Source of the DNA: Squalus acanthias
Lineage: Eukaryota
Direction: 5' to 3'
NCBI GenBank assembly: GCA_030390025.1
Contig: JASTWF010000187.1
Span: forward strand, 496,001-560,000
DNA: 64,000 nt
Part shown: positions 13,425 through 24,869 of the stretch, one piece after another
Numbering within the stretch: position 1 is the stretch's first letter
Layout of the letters: every line of letters begins with the position of its first letter
Position numbers and translations under genes: made by a program
The notes under the pieces: model-generated
What the model was told of the DNA's origin: nothing
The model's database searches: none
What the model saw: only the letters and a program-made list of their open reading frames with translations

Positions 13425-13784
13425 TTTTAAATAAATCTGTTGGACTATAACCTGGTGTTGTGCGACTTCTCATTTTTGGCATATAACTAATCAGACGCGA
13501 GTGCTCGAGCCAGATATATAAAGATAGACCCTTTTTTCGGTGAAACAACCGCGCATTAATTGAGTTTAATCGGCTTTCAAAAAAATCTGCCCCATTTATA
13601 ATGAATTTTAACATTTAAATATTTTGAGTATCAGATAATGATTGAATGAGATTGGCCTGATCCTGAGCTCACATTCAGAACAATCAGTTTCAGGAAGTGA
13701 CTGTAACGCTGCAGCAAGCAGTGCCTGTTCTGATCTGATGGGAGACTGGAAGTTATTTTGACTTTTTAAATAGACATTGTAATG

Positions 13785-14200
13785 CTTTACTCTGTATCTA
13801 ACCCATGCTGTACCTGCCCTGGGAGTGTTTGATGGGGCAGTGTAGAGGGAGCTTTACTCTGTATCTAACCCATGCTGTACCTGCCCTGGGAGTGTTTGAT
13901 GGGACAGTGTAGAGGAGCTATACTCTGTATCTAACCCGTGCTGTACCTGCCCTGGGAGTGTTTGCTGGGACAGTGTTGAGGGAGCTTTACTCTGTATCTA
14001 ACCCATGCTGTACCTGCCCTGGGAGTGTTTGATGGGACAGTGTAGAGGGAGCTCTACTCTGTATCTAACCCGTGCTGTACCTGCCCTGGGAGTGTTTGAT
14101 GGGACAGTGTAGAGGGAGCTTTACTCTGTATCTAACCCGTGCTGTACCTGCCCTGGGAGTGTTTGATGGGACAGTGTAGAGGGAGCTTTACCCTCTATCT
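13785..14200 (+). repeat. 67-bp minisatellite (~6 copies)
   Basis: Unit TACTCTGTATCTAACCCGTGCTGTACCTGCCCTGGGAGTGTTTGATGGGACAGTGTAGAGGGAGCTT. Confidence 0.95.
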
Positions 14201-15307
14201 GACGATTTGCTACTTTGCCAATTTTTGAATCATCTGCGAACTTCGAAATTGTACTCCCTATACCCAAGTCCAGGTCATTTTTATATAACAAGAACAACAA
14301 TGGTCCTCATACCGATCCATGGCAGACCTCAATGCATCATTTTCTACAGTTTGTAAAACATCCGCTCACCGCTACTCTCTGCCTCCTATAGATTTATCAT
14401 GTTTAAGGATTGCCAATATTAGATATTTATAGAAGAAACCTGTCCCCATGTTTAGATTATATTCGATACAATCAGCAACAAGAGGTGCCTGTAACGACCC
14501 AGAAAGCAGCTCCTTTTCTCATTGGTGGGAAGTCGGAAGGTACTTTGGTGAAAGAAATGGGCCATTTAAAGTGACACTTCCAATTAACCGCATTTTGGAG
14601 TCATATTTTATTCGGATTATTAATTGAGCGGGAGAGAGGAGGAAACTCAGGAGACATCCATTCAATAGAATGAGACAGAGCACAAATCACAATGCGTTGA
14701 AGTGCATCGCTCTTCCTCAAATACTGATAATGAAAGAGATAGATTCGAATCAACCCCGATTCAGCTACAGCTTGAATCTTAGAAACTAGGCAGTGGGAAA
14801 GTTCCCTGTTCAATTTTATGGTAGTCCGCTTTGAACTTATGTTTTGCTAATTTTATAAGCACGGATTACGATGTTACATTTGAAGTGTAGTCACTGTTGT
14901 TTTGTAGGGAAAAGCAGCAGTCAATTGGCACAGAGCAAATTTCCCAAAAAATGCAATGAAATAAATGACCAGAAGTGGCGTTGATTGAGAAATAAATGCT
15001 GGCCAAAATATCAGGAAAACGCCTCTGTTATTCTATTGTAAGATCCAATGAAAGATACCTTACTGAGGTGAGGTGAAAAGGTTCTTATTCCTTTAATGTG
15101 ATAGAGCTCGGGGACAGAGAGGGGTGTTCCTGACCAGGGGATCGACAGGTGCGTATGATGGAACTGACAGAAGCTCAAATGCCGATGTAGATTTTGATCG
15201 GAAAATGATGGAATGAGATTATCCTGGAGTCAAATTTCGGGTTGTTTGGTTGTTTGATGAGCACGGATTACAGATTCTAACTTGTTCAATTGGCCATTCT
15301 TTCCCAG

Positions 15308-15607
15308 CGACACTGTCTCCTTCCACCCTCTACGCCCTGCACTCCTGCTGTCAACAACCCAACACTGACGGCTCCATCACCTTCGGCTGTTTGGCGATGG
15401 ACTACTTCCCCGAAATCACCAGCCTTTCCTGGAAGAAAGATAAAGAGCCGCTCACCACTGGATTGAAGACTTATCCGTCAGTGCTCAACAAGATGGGAAC
15501 CTACACCCTGAGCAGCCAGTTAACCATCAACGAGTCAGAGGTGGGGAGCAGCACAATCTACTGCGTGGTTCGACAAAGTGGGGCGGACTGGAGCATCACA
15601 ATGCCAG
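15308..15607 (+). CDS. IGHM: IgM CH1 exon
   Basis: (A)[43 protein letters not shown]...[16 protein letters not shown]; 300 nt, AG/GT phase 1, C1-set motifs. Closely resembles shark Cmu1. Confidence 0.95.
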
Positions 15608-15619
15608 GTCTGTGTTGTG

Positions 15620-16810
15620 GGATACAGGGGAAAACTGTGAAAAGCAGGGATATTATGTTCAACTTGTACAGAAAATTGGTTAGTCCAGACTTAGAGTATT
15701 GTGAACAGTTCTGGGCTCCAGGTCACACTTAGAATATTGTGCTCAGTCCTTGTCACCATATCACATTTGGTGTACTGTGCACAGTCCTGGTCTCCATATC
15801 ACACTTAGATTACAGTGCACATTCCTATCTCCATATCACATTTACTGTACTGTGCACAATTCTGGTCTCCATATCACACCTGGAATACTGTGCACAGTCC
15901 TGATCTCCGTATCACACTTAGTGTACTGTGCTCAGTCCTAGTCTCCATGTCAGACTTAGAGTACAGTGCAGAGTCCTGGTCTCCATATCATACTTAAAAT
16001 ACTGTGCAGGTTCCTGGTCTCCATATCACACTTAGAATACTGTGCAGTGTCCTGGTCTCCATATCACACTTAGAATACTGAGCAGAGTCCTGGTCTCCAT
16101 ATCACAATTAGAATACTGTGCAGGTTCCTGGTCTCCATATCACACTTAGAATACTGTGCAGAGTCCTGGTCTCCATATCACACTTAGAATACTGTGCAGA
16201 GTCCTGGTCTCCATATCACACTTAGAATACTGTGCAGAGTCCTGGTCTCCATATCACACTTAGAATACTGTGCAGAGTCCTGGTCTCCATATCACACTTA
16301 GAATACTGTGCAGTGTCCTGGTCTCCATATCACACTTAGAATACTGTGCAGAGTGCTGGTCTCCATATCACACTTAGAATAATGTGCAGAGTCCTGGTCT
16401 CCATAACACACTTAGAATACTGTGCAGTGTCCTGGTCTCCATATCACACTAGAATACTGTGCAGAGTCCTGGTCTCCATATCACACTTAGAATACTGTGC
16501 AGAGTCCTGGTCTCCATATCACACTTAGAATACTGTGCAGAGTCCTGGTCTCCATATCACACTTAGAATACTGTGCAGAGTCCTGGTCTCCATATCACAC
16601 TTAGAATACTGTGCAGGTTCCTGGTCTCCATATCACACTTAGAATACTGTGCAGAGTCCTGGTCCATATCACACTTAGAATACTGTGCAGTGTCCTGGTC
16701 TCCATTTCACACTTAGAATACTGTGCAGACCCCTGGTGTCCAAATCACACTTAGAATATTGTGCAGAGTCCTTGTCTCCGTATCACACTTAGAGTACTGT
16801 GCACAAGTCT
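15620..16810 (+). repeat. 38-bp minisatellite (~29 copies) grown out of a CR1 ORF2 fragment
   Basis: Unit CACTTAGAATACTGTGCAGAGTCCTGGTCTCCATATCA reads HLEYCAESWSPY and continues from the CR1-like segment [27 protein letters not shown]. Confidence 0.92.
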
Positions 16811-16928
16811 CTTGAAATGCCAGGTTAATGTGAGCCTGACATTAAAGGACCTCTTAAAATATAAGGACACTATGCATTTCTTAATCATTTATTTTGCAAG
16901 GAATGTCATTAACATGTCTTCTTTTAAG

Positions 16929-17245
16929 GTCCTAACGGGACCCCATCCGTCCAACTGTTATCCTCACGGTGAGTTCCAGGGACCAAATCACCAGCAGCAG
17001 ACATGCAACCGTCGTGTGTTCAATCATGGATTTCCGTCCAAAGTCACTAACCGTGAATTGGCTGAAGAATGGACGACTCATGCATTCGGGCTTCGTCACC
17101 TCTCCCGTCTGTGAAGTGAACGGGACCTTCTCGGCGACCAGTCTGCTGACAGTGCCCGCCGGGGAATGGTTCACCGGCTCGGTCTACACCTGCCAGGTCA
17201 CTCATGAAGGGGTTACCGAAATCAAAAACATCACCAGATCTCAGG
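16929..17245 (+). CDS. IGHM: IgM CH2 exon (1-bp deletion near the 5' end as assembled)
   Basis: Domain frame reads [35 protein letters not shown]...WLKNG...YTCQVTHEG...NITRSQ. Acceptor TTTTAAG|G, donor G|GTAAG. Length is 317 nt rather than 318. Confidence 0.93.
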
Positions 17246-17544
17246 GTAAGAGACACAGACTCGGGGAGTTACAGACCATTTCGAGTGCCGATCTGAGTCA
17301 GGATTTTATTAGTCCAAAGCACAGAACAATTTCTAATTTACAATCAATCATTTTGGTGTTTCCTTCCGATGTAAGTGCTAACTCAGGCTTCCTCACGGTT
17401 CAGAATTCCATCACTTCGCCAAAGAAGGATTCCCTCAGCTGTAATGTCAGACAGTGAGTGAGGTGTCCTTGGTCTCACCTTTATCCTGAGTTAGCTCTAT
17501 TTCTAATGTACAATCATGCAGTTTGTGTTTCCTTCCGATGTAAA

Positions 17545-17960
17545 AGAAAAGAAAGAAATGCATTTATACAGCGCCTTTGGCGAGCTCAGACTGTCACAAA
17601 GCGCTTGACAGCCAATGAATTACGTATGAAATGTGGCCACTTTAGTAATGTGCAAAATGCGGCAGAAAATTTGTGCGCAGCAAGCTCCCACAAACAGCAA
17701 TGTGATAATGACCAGAATTTTTTTTATTTAGTGATATTTGTTGTTTGATAAATATTTGCCACAGCACCGGGTGAACTCCCCTGCTCTTCTTTCAAATGGT
17801 GCCATGGGATCTCTGATGCCCACTTGAGAGGGCAGACGGATCCTCGGTTTAACACCTCACCCGAAAGACAGTGCAGCGCGCCTTCAGTACTGCATTGGGA
17901 ACGTCAGCTTCCATTCTATGTTCAAGTCTCTGGAGTGGGACTTGAACCCACCATCTTCTG
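17545..17960 (-). mobile_element. Deu-domain SINE (SacSINE1-like)
   Basis: Reverse complement reads GGGTTCAAGTCCCACTCCAGAGACTTG...GTTAAACCGAGG...GATCCCATGGCAC...AGCAGGGGAGTT, matching the shark DeuSINE body as recalled. A more decayed copy lies at about 14860-15090. Confidence 0.7.
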
Positions 17961-18159
17961 AATTAGGATTCCTCACGGTTCAGGATTTAATAACCTCGCC
18001 AAAGAAGGTTTCCCTCTGCTCTGCTGTCAAAGAGTGAGTGAGATGTACTTGGGCTCAGGTTTACCCTGAGTTGGCTGAACATATTCCGAGCGGCAGTAGG
18101 TGTCTGGAAACCTTTACTGGTAACTGTCCAGGAACACACTGCTAGAAAGGGCATCTACC

Positions 18160-18690
18160 CTATTTAGAGAACTGCGTTCAATTCTGGGCTCTGCACATCA
18201 GGCAGGATATACTGTCCTTGGAGGGGGTGCAGCGCAGCTTTACCCAGAATGATATGGGGCTAAAAGGTTTAAATTATGAGGACAGGTTGTACTGAAGAGG
18301 CTTGTATTCCATTGAGTAGAGAAGATTAAGCGGTGAACTAATTAAGATATTTTTTGTAATTAGTAGGTAGATAGAGTTAAAGTATTTCCTCTGTCAGGGG
18401 AGTCCAGCACAAGGGGGCATAACCTTAAAGTTAGAGCTAGGCCGTTCAGGGGTGATGTCAGGAACCACTTCTTCGTGCAAAGGGCTGTGGAAATCTCTCT
18501 TTCCCAAAAAGCTGTTGAGGATGCGCGTCAATTGAAACATCAAAACTGAGATTGATAGACTTGTTAGGCAAGAGTATCAAGGGTTACAGAAACAAGGCGG
18601 GTAGATGGTGTTGAGGTGCAGATCAGCCATGATCTCATTGAATGTCGGAACAGGCTGGATGGGCTGAATGACCTCCTCCTGTTCCTGTGT
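18160..18690 (+). mobile_element. CR1 LINE 3' fragment
   Basis: Degenerate RT C-terminus (LENCVQFW...) and 3'UTR ending ...GGGCTGAATGACCTCCTCCTGTTCCT. Confidence 0.85.
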
Positions 18691-18708
18691 GACTATTGCT
18701 GCGGTAAT

Positions 18709-20170
18709 GGCCCAGAAATTAATGACGGAGCATTCGTGCGGGGGTAAGGCTTCCCCGCAATATCTCACTGCGCGCCTGCCTTTTCATTCCGAGCTCGCAC
18801 GAACTTGATTTTCTAGACAGCAGCTGTGCAGTGCTTCCGTATCCCAGAGGCGCAGTTAATTCGTGCGAGCTGTGGGATCACGTGATTCAGTTACAGCCAA
18901 TGGCAGCACACCATCTTTCATTCATAGTTTTCACAGCAACTGCTGTGAAAGCTATGAATCTATACCCCCTCAAAAGAACAGCTAAACCTCAACTAAATTT
19001 TAAAAAAAAACCATCACATTAATAAAATAAGTATAGTTAAATAAATTAACCACTTTAAACAAAAAATTAAACTTTTGAAAAAATTTAAAATCTTTTAAAA
19101 AGTTATAAAAATAAACTTACCTTTCTTTAAAGTCTCTAAAAAAGATATACCTGTTGAAAAAAATTCAAAATAATACTTAATTAACTACTTACCTTGTTAA
19201 AAGAGGGTCTTACGCTTCCTTTCTTTATGTGCAAAATCTTCCATGCTTACCTGCGCGTTCAAAGCACTAAGTGCACTGCGTGCGCGCAGCCTGTAGCGCG
19301 CACGCGGTTCACTTAGGAACCGACCCCTTTTGAAATCACCAAGTGCCAGTTTTCAGCGCATGCGCAGTGCATGCAGAAAACCGGTAATTGCAGACAGAAT
19401 ACGCGAGAGTACACAGTGCGTACTCTCGCGTAGAGACACTGGTCCAAATATTAGTCTTGCTACGCGAGAGTATGCACTTTGTACTCTCGCGTATTCTGTC
19501 TCCAATTGCCGGTTTTCTGCATGCACTGCGCATGCGCTGAAAACCGGCACTTGGTGAACTCAAAAGGGGGCGGTTCCTAGGTGAACCGCGTGTGCGCTAC
19601 AGGTTGCGCGCACGCAGTGCACTTAGTGCTTTGAACGCGCAGGTAAGCATGGAAGATTTTGCACACAAAGAAAGGAGGCATAAGACCCTCTTTTAACAAG
19701 GTAAGTAGTTAATTAAGTATTATTTTGAATTTTTTTCAACAGGTATATCTTTTTTAGAGACTTTAAAGAAAGGTAAGTTTATTTTTATAACTTTTTAAAA
19801 GATTTTAAATTTTTTCAAAAATTTAATTTTTTGTTTAAAGTGGTTAATTTATTTAACTATACTTATTTTATTAATGTGATGTTTTTTTTTAAATTTAATT
19901 GAGGTTTAGCTGTTCTTTTGGGGGGTATAGATTCATAGCTTTCACTGAAAACTATGAATGAAAGATGGTGTGCTGCCATTGGCTGTAACTGAATCACGTG
20001 ATCCCACAGCTCGCACGAATTAACTGCGCCTGTGGGATACGGAAGCACTGCACAGCTGCTGTCTAGAAAATCAAGTTCGTGCGAGCTCGGAATGAAAAGG
20101 CAGGCACGCAGTGAGATTACGCGGGGAAGCCTTACCCCCGCACGAAGGCTCCGTCATTAATTTCTTGGCC
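18709..20170. mobile_element. Two head-to-head copies of a Harbinger-type MITE forming a 1.46-kb palindrome
   Basis: Arms 18709-19433 and 19460-20170 are near-perfect reverse complements. Ends are GGCCCAGAAATT...AATTTCTTGGCC, flanked by AAT/ACT. Same family as 46262-47022 and 47685-48437. Confidence 0.88.
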
Positions 20171-20868
20171 ACTAATGTTTGGGCCAATATTTCATTCTGA
20201 CTCTCTGACCAGACATGATAATCGTTCACTACTGACAGAAATTAACAAACTACCTCACGCCGGAATTACAAACTATTCCCCACCACAAAAGACCCCTTGG
20301 AGCTCCATTCTCCCGACCTATCACCTCTCCTCTGACGGAGGCTGCAACTGGTTCCTTCACATTTTAATCGCCACAAAAATCGCAACAAGACACCAGAAAA
20401 TTAACTTTTTTCCTGTTGCATCTAAAATCCTGGATTTTGTTTGAAGCTCGTTTTGAACCAGTGTAATTTCCGTGTCGAGTTTTTGACCCTGGGGGCGGCG
20501 GCATTATAATGAGCGGAGATGTGTTCGAGCTCAAGGATCTATAGACGGGCGTAAGTGAGCAAGGGATTTGGGGAATAGCGGTATTCAGTGCGTAACACAA
20601 TTGTGCCCGAATTTATACATTTTGTTACGCTGGTTATTTGCTTCACAGCCCATTACAGGAGGCTCTGGTTGCAAATACACAGGAAATGTTAAAGTGTCTC
20701 CCGGAATCATTGCCAATTCCTTATCCTTCAAATAACGATGGTGTTTAAGCAACAGCGAGATGTTGATATCTCAAAGGAGATGTATTCTCCTTGTGACATT
20801 AATGGCTGATCACTGGCGTCCTGATTCTGAAGATGAAGATTTGCTTGACTTTCATTTCTGTTTCACAG

Positions 20869-21177
20869 ATCGTTCCTCCAGCAGCGATCCAGTGATTACT
20901 CTTCGGCAACCGTCACTAGAACAGGTCTTACTGGAGGCGACGGTGACCTTAACCTGCGTCGTGCCTGATGCTCCTTATGGAGTCACGGTGTCCTGGACCC
21001 GAGGAAAGGAGATGCTGATATCAGAGATTGCGGTTAAACCCGGAGAGGATCCCAACAGCGTGATCAGCAAGTTAAACATCTCGACACAAGCCTGGCTGAG
21101 TGGGGATAAGTTCACCTGCGTGGTGAGCCATCAGCATATGCCGACTGATGTAAGAGCTTCCATCCACAAGGAAACAG
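20869..21177 (+). CDS. IGHM: IgM CH3 exon
   Basis: (D)[31 protein letters not shown]...SWT...FTCVVSHQ...SIHKET; 309 nt, open frame, phase 1. Confidence 0.95.
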
Positions 21178-21672
21178 GTGAGCGGTGAGATTGTAGCAAT
21201 AAGTGAGACGTTGTGGCTATTTGCTGTGCTTGTGCCAATTCGTTCTATTAAGAGCTTTAATGGACTACTCTGATAATTCAGATTGGTAATTCCACTAATT
21301 AAATACTCTGGGATCCGAGAGTATGCACTTAAGGGGAAGCGAGATAAGTCCATGAGAGAAAAAGGAATAGAAGGATATGCTACTGGGGTTAGATGAAGTA
21401 AGGTGGGTAGAGTCTCCTGTGGAGCATAAACACCGGCACAGAGCTGTTGGGCCTAATGGCCTGTTTCTGTGATGTAAATTTAACTCTTCAAGCTCTCAGA
21501 GAGAAGGATTGCATACCCCTCAGCTGCGGGCTGGAAACCGGACAGGGCCCAGAGGGGAAAAAGAGAATCCTTTAAAACTCAGCATAACGCCCATTTCTCT
21601 CACATCTAACCAGCGGTTTCATTGTCTCTGGAATTCTTCAGTTTATTGTACTTTATTGTAATTGCCCTGCAG

Positions 21673-22063
21673 CTAAAGATCCGCGGCAACCGTCCGTGTC
21701 TGTCCTCCTGCCCTCGGCAGAAGAAGTCTTCGCTCAGAGGTCCGTCGCCCTCACCTGCTTAGTGAGAGGTTTCTACCCTCGAGAGATCTTCGTCAAGTGG
21801 ACCGTCAATGATAAGCCGGTGAATTCCAGCAACTACAGGAACACCGAGGTGTTGGCGGAGAACGGCAGCAGTTCCTTCTTCATCTACAGCCTGTTATCCA
21901 TTGCAGCAGAAGAGTGGGCCAGCGGCGCTTCTTACTCCTGTGTGGTGGGACATGAAACGATCCCCTTGAAGATCATCACCAGAACGGTCAATAAATCCAG
22001 CGGTAAACAATGTTTGTGAACATTTCCTTTGTACTGATGGACTCCGTCAATTCTTATCAATGA
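21673..22063 (+). CDS. IGHM: IgM CH4 exon (21673-22002) plus secretory tailpiece (frameshifted: stop at 22017-22019, ancestral stop at 22061-22063)
   Basis: (A)[18 protein letters not shown]...[17 protein letters not shown]...YSCVVGHE...NKSSGK. The internal donor G|GTAAAC at 22002/22003 is for TM splicing. The shifted frame retains [16 protein letters not shown]. Confidence 0.95.
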
Positions 22064-22091
22064 GAAACTCTCTATTACATTTAATTTCTTA

Positions 22092-22107
22092 AATAAAAAT
22101 CAATAAA
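22092..22107 (+). terminator. Tandem AATAAA polyadenylation signals of the secretory transcript
   Basis: AATAAA at 22092 and 22102, about 30 nt after the ancestral tailpiece stop. Confidence 0.8.
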
Positions 22108-22267
22108 AGCCTTTTCTTCTAATCGTGAGTTAAACACACAGCCGCTCAATTAATTTTGTTTCCCATTTTTGCCAAGGGGCGAGCTGTTTATCTGAAGTAG
22201 GGTGTTTGCGGATCTAGGGCCAAAGGCTTGTAACGCCAGCGCTCCCAGCTCAGATTTCATCACGGGT

Positions 22268-24640
22268 TAGAACATAAGAACATAAGAAATAGGAGCAGGA
22301 GTAGGCCATTTGGAGCTTCGAGCCTGCTCCGCCATTCAATAAGATCATGGCTGATCTTCTACCTCATCTCCACTTTCCTGAACTTTCCCCATATCCCTTG
22401 ATTCCCTTAATATTCAAAAATCTATCGATCTCTGTCTTGAATATACTCAACGACTGAGCCTCCACAGCCCTCTGGGGTAGAGAATTCCAAAGATTCACCA
22501 CCCTCTGAGTGAAGAAATTTCTCCTCATCTCAGTCCTAAATGGCCGACCCCTTATTCTGAGACTGTGACCCCTGGTTCTAGACTCTCCAGCCAGGGGAAA
22601 CATCCTCCCTGCATCTACCCTGTCAAGACCTGTAAGAATTTTGTATGTTTCAATAAGATCACCTCTCATTTTTCTAAACTCTGGAGAATATAGGCCTAGT
22701 CTACTCAATCTGTCCCCATCGGACAATCCCCCATCCCACGAACTAGTCTGGTGAAACTTCGTTGCACTCCCTCTATGGTAAGTATATCCTTCCTTATGTA
22801 AGGAGACCAAAACTGTACACAATACCCCAGGTGTGGTCTCACCAGGGCACGATACAATTGGAGTAAGACGTCTTTACTCTTATACTCAAATCCTCTTGTA
22901 ATAAATCCAAAATACCATTTGCTTTACTAATTGCTTGCTGTACATGAATATTAGCTTTCAGTGATTCGTGTACAAGGACACCCAGATCCCTTTGAACACC
23001 AACATTTCCCAATCTCTCTCCATTTAAAAAATACTCTGCTTTTCTGTTTTTCCTACCAAAGTGGATAACCCTTACATTTCTCCACATTATATTCCATTTG
23101 CCATGTTCTTGCCCACTCACTTAGCCTGTCTATATCCCCTTGAAGCCTCCTTGCATCCTCCTCACAACTTACATTCCCACCCAGCTTTGTATCATCAGCA
23201 AACTTGGATATATTACATTTGGTCCCCTCATCCAAATCATTGATGTAGATTGTGAATAGCTAAGTTCCAAGCACTGATCCTTGAGGCAACCCAGTAGTTA
23301 CAGCCTGCCAACCTGAAAATGACCCGTTTATTCCTACTCTCTGTTTTCTGTTGGTTAACCGATCCTCAATCAATGCTAGTATATTACCCCCAATCCCATG
23401 ACCCATGATTGTGTTTAATAACCTGTTATGTGGCACGTTATCGAATGCCTTCTGAAAATCCAAATATACCACATCCACTGGTTCCCCCTTATCTAATCTG
23501 CTAGTTGCAGACTCAAAAAACTCTAACAGATTTGTCAAACAAGATTTCTCTTTCATAAATCCGTGTTCACTCTGTCCAATCCCATGACCCATAATTTTGT
23601 TTAATAACCTGTTGTGTGTCACCTTATCGAATGCCTTCTGAAAATCCAAATATACACATCCACTGGTTCCCCTTTCTCTATTCTGTTAGTTACAACCTCA
23701 GAAAACTCTAACAGATTTGTCAAACACGATTTCTCTTTCATAAATCTGTGTTGACTCTGTCCAATCCTATTATTATTTTCTAAGTGCCTTGTTAGCACGT
23801 CCTTAATAGATTCTAGCATTTTCCCTCCTACTGATGTCGGGCTAACTGGTCTGTGGTTCCCCGTTTTACCTCTACCTCCTTTCTTAAATAGCGGTCTTAC
23901 ATTTGCTACCTTCCAATCCGCAGGAACCGTTCTGGAATCTATGGAATTTTGGATAATGACAACCACTATCTCTATAGCAAATTCTTTCAAAACCCGCGGA
24001 TGTAGGCTATCAGGTCCAGGGGATTTATCGGCTTTCAGTCCCATTAATTTCTCCAGTACTACTTTTTACCAATACTAATATCTTTAGCTCCGTATTCTCC
24101 ACTATTTCCAGGAAGTTTTTTGCGTCTTCTTCCGTGAAGACAGACAAAAAGTATTTGTTTAATTTCTCTGCCATTTCCTTATTCCCGATTATAATTTCTC
24201 CGTTCTCAGCCTGTAAGGGACCCACATTTACTTTCGCTAATATTTTCCTTTTAACATACCTATAGAAGCTTTACAATCTGTTTTTATGTCTCTCCCCATA
24301 GTGTACTCTTATATTCCATTTTCCCTTTCCTTTTCAATTTCTTGGTCCACTTTCGCTGAACTCTCATACCCTCCCAATCCCGTGTCTTACTACTCTTTTT
24401 GGCAGAATTATAAGCCTCTTCCTTTGAGCTAATGCCATCTTTAACTTCTCTTGTTTGCCATGGTAGGACCACTTTTCCTGTGGGGTTTCTGTGCCTCAAA
24501 GGAATGTATATTTGTTGTAAATTATGTATTAATTCTTTAAATGCAATCCATTGCTGGTCCACTGTCATACCTTTTAATGTAGTTTCCCAATCCAGCTTAG
24601 TCAACTCGCCCCTCACACCTATGTCGTTTGCTTTGTTAGA
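22268..24640 (-). mobile_element. CR1 LINE, 5'-truncated and degenerate, with a ~185-bp internal tandem duplication (~23395-23765)
   Basis: RT motifs YLDFQKAFD, PQGSVLG, FADD; (AGAACATA)n tail at the left end. Confidence 0.95.
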
Positions 24641-24869
24641 GACAGAGTGAAGCTCTCTCACTACAGATTTCCTCAAAGTGACTTCAGCAAATTTCCTCCT
24701 GCTGGGGGAATCTGAAAAATCCCATTTCAACAAACCAACGCTGCACATTTACATCTCGGTTTCCCTGTTTCTCGTGTTGTCCATTCCTTCAGAATTGGGG
24801 ACAGTTTTAAGTTGCAGCATCGCAAACACTGAAGAGAGGGCCACACAGGAACACGAACTGTATCTCGCA

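Larger units (their letters stand above)
12324..13477. mobile_element. Penelope-like element 3' end arranged as an inverted repeat (~555-bp arms, 7-bp spacer), flanked by a 12-bp TSD
   Basis: The right arm encodes a GIY-YIG C-terminus (LPVGEHFSSQGHSASDLRVSVLQGG...EQKLIAKFRTHEDGLNRD). GGCATATAACTA occurs at 12312-12323 and 13478-13489. Confidence 0.9.
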
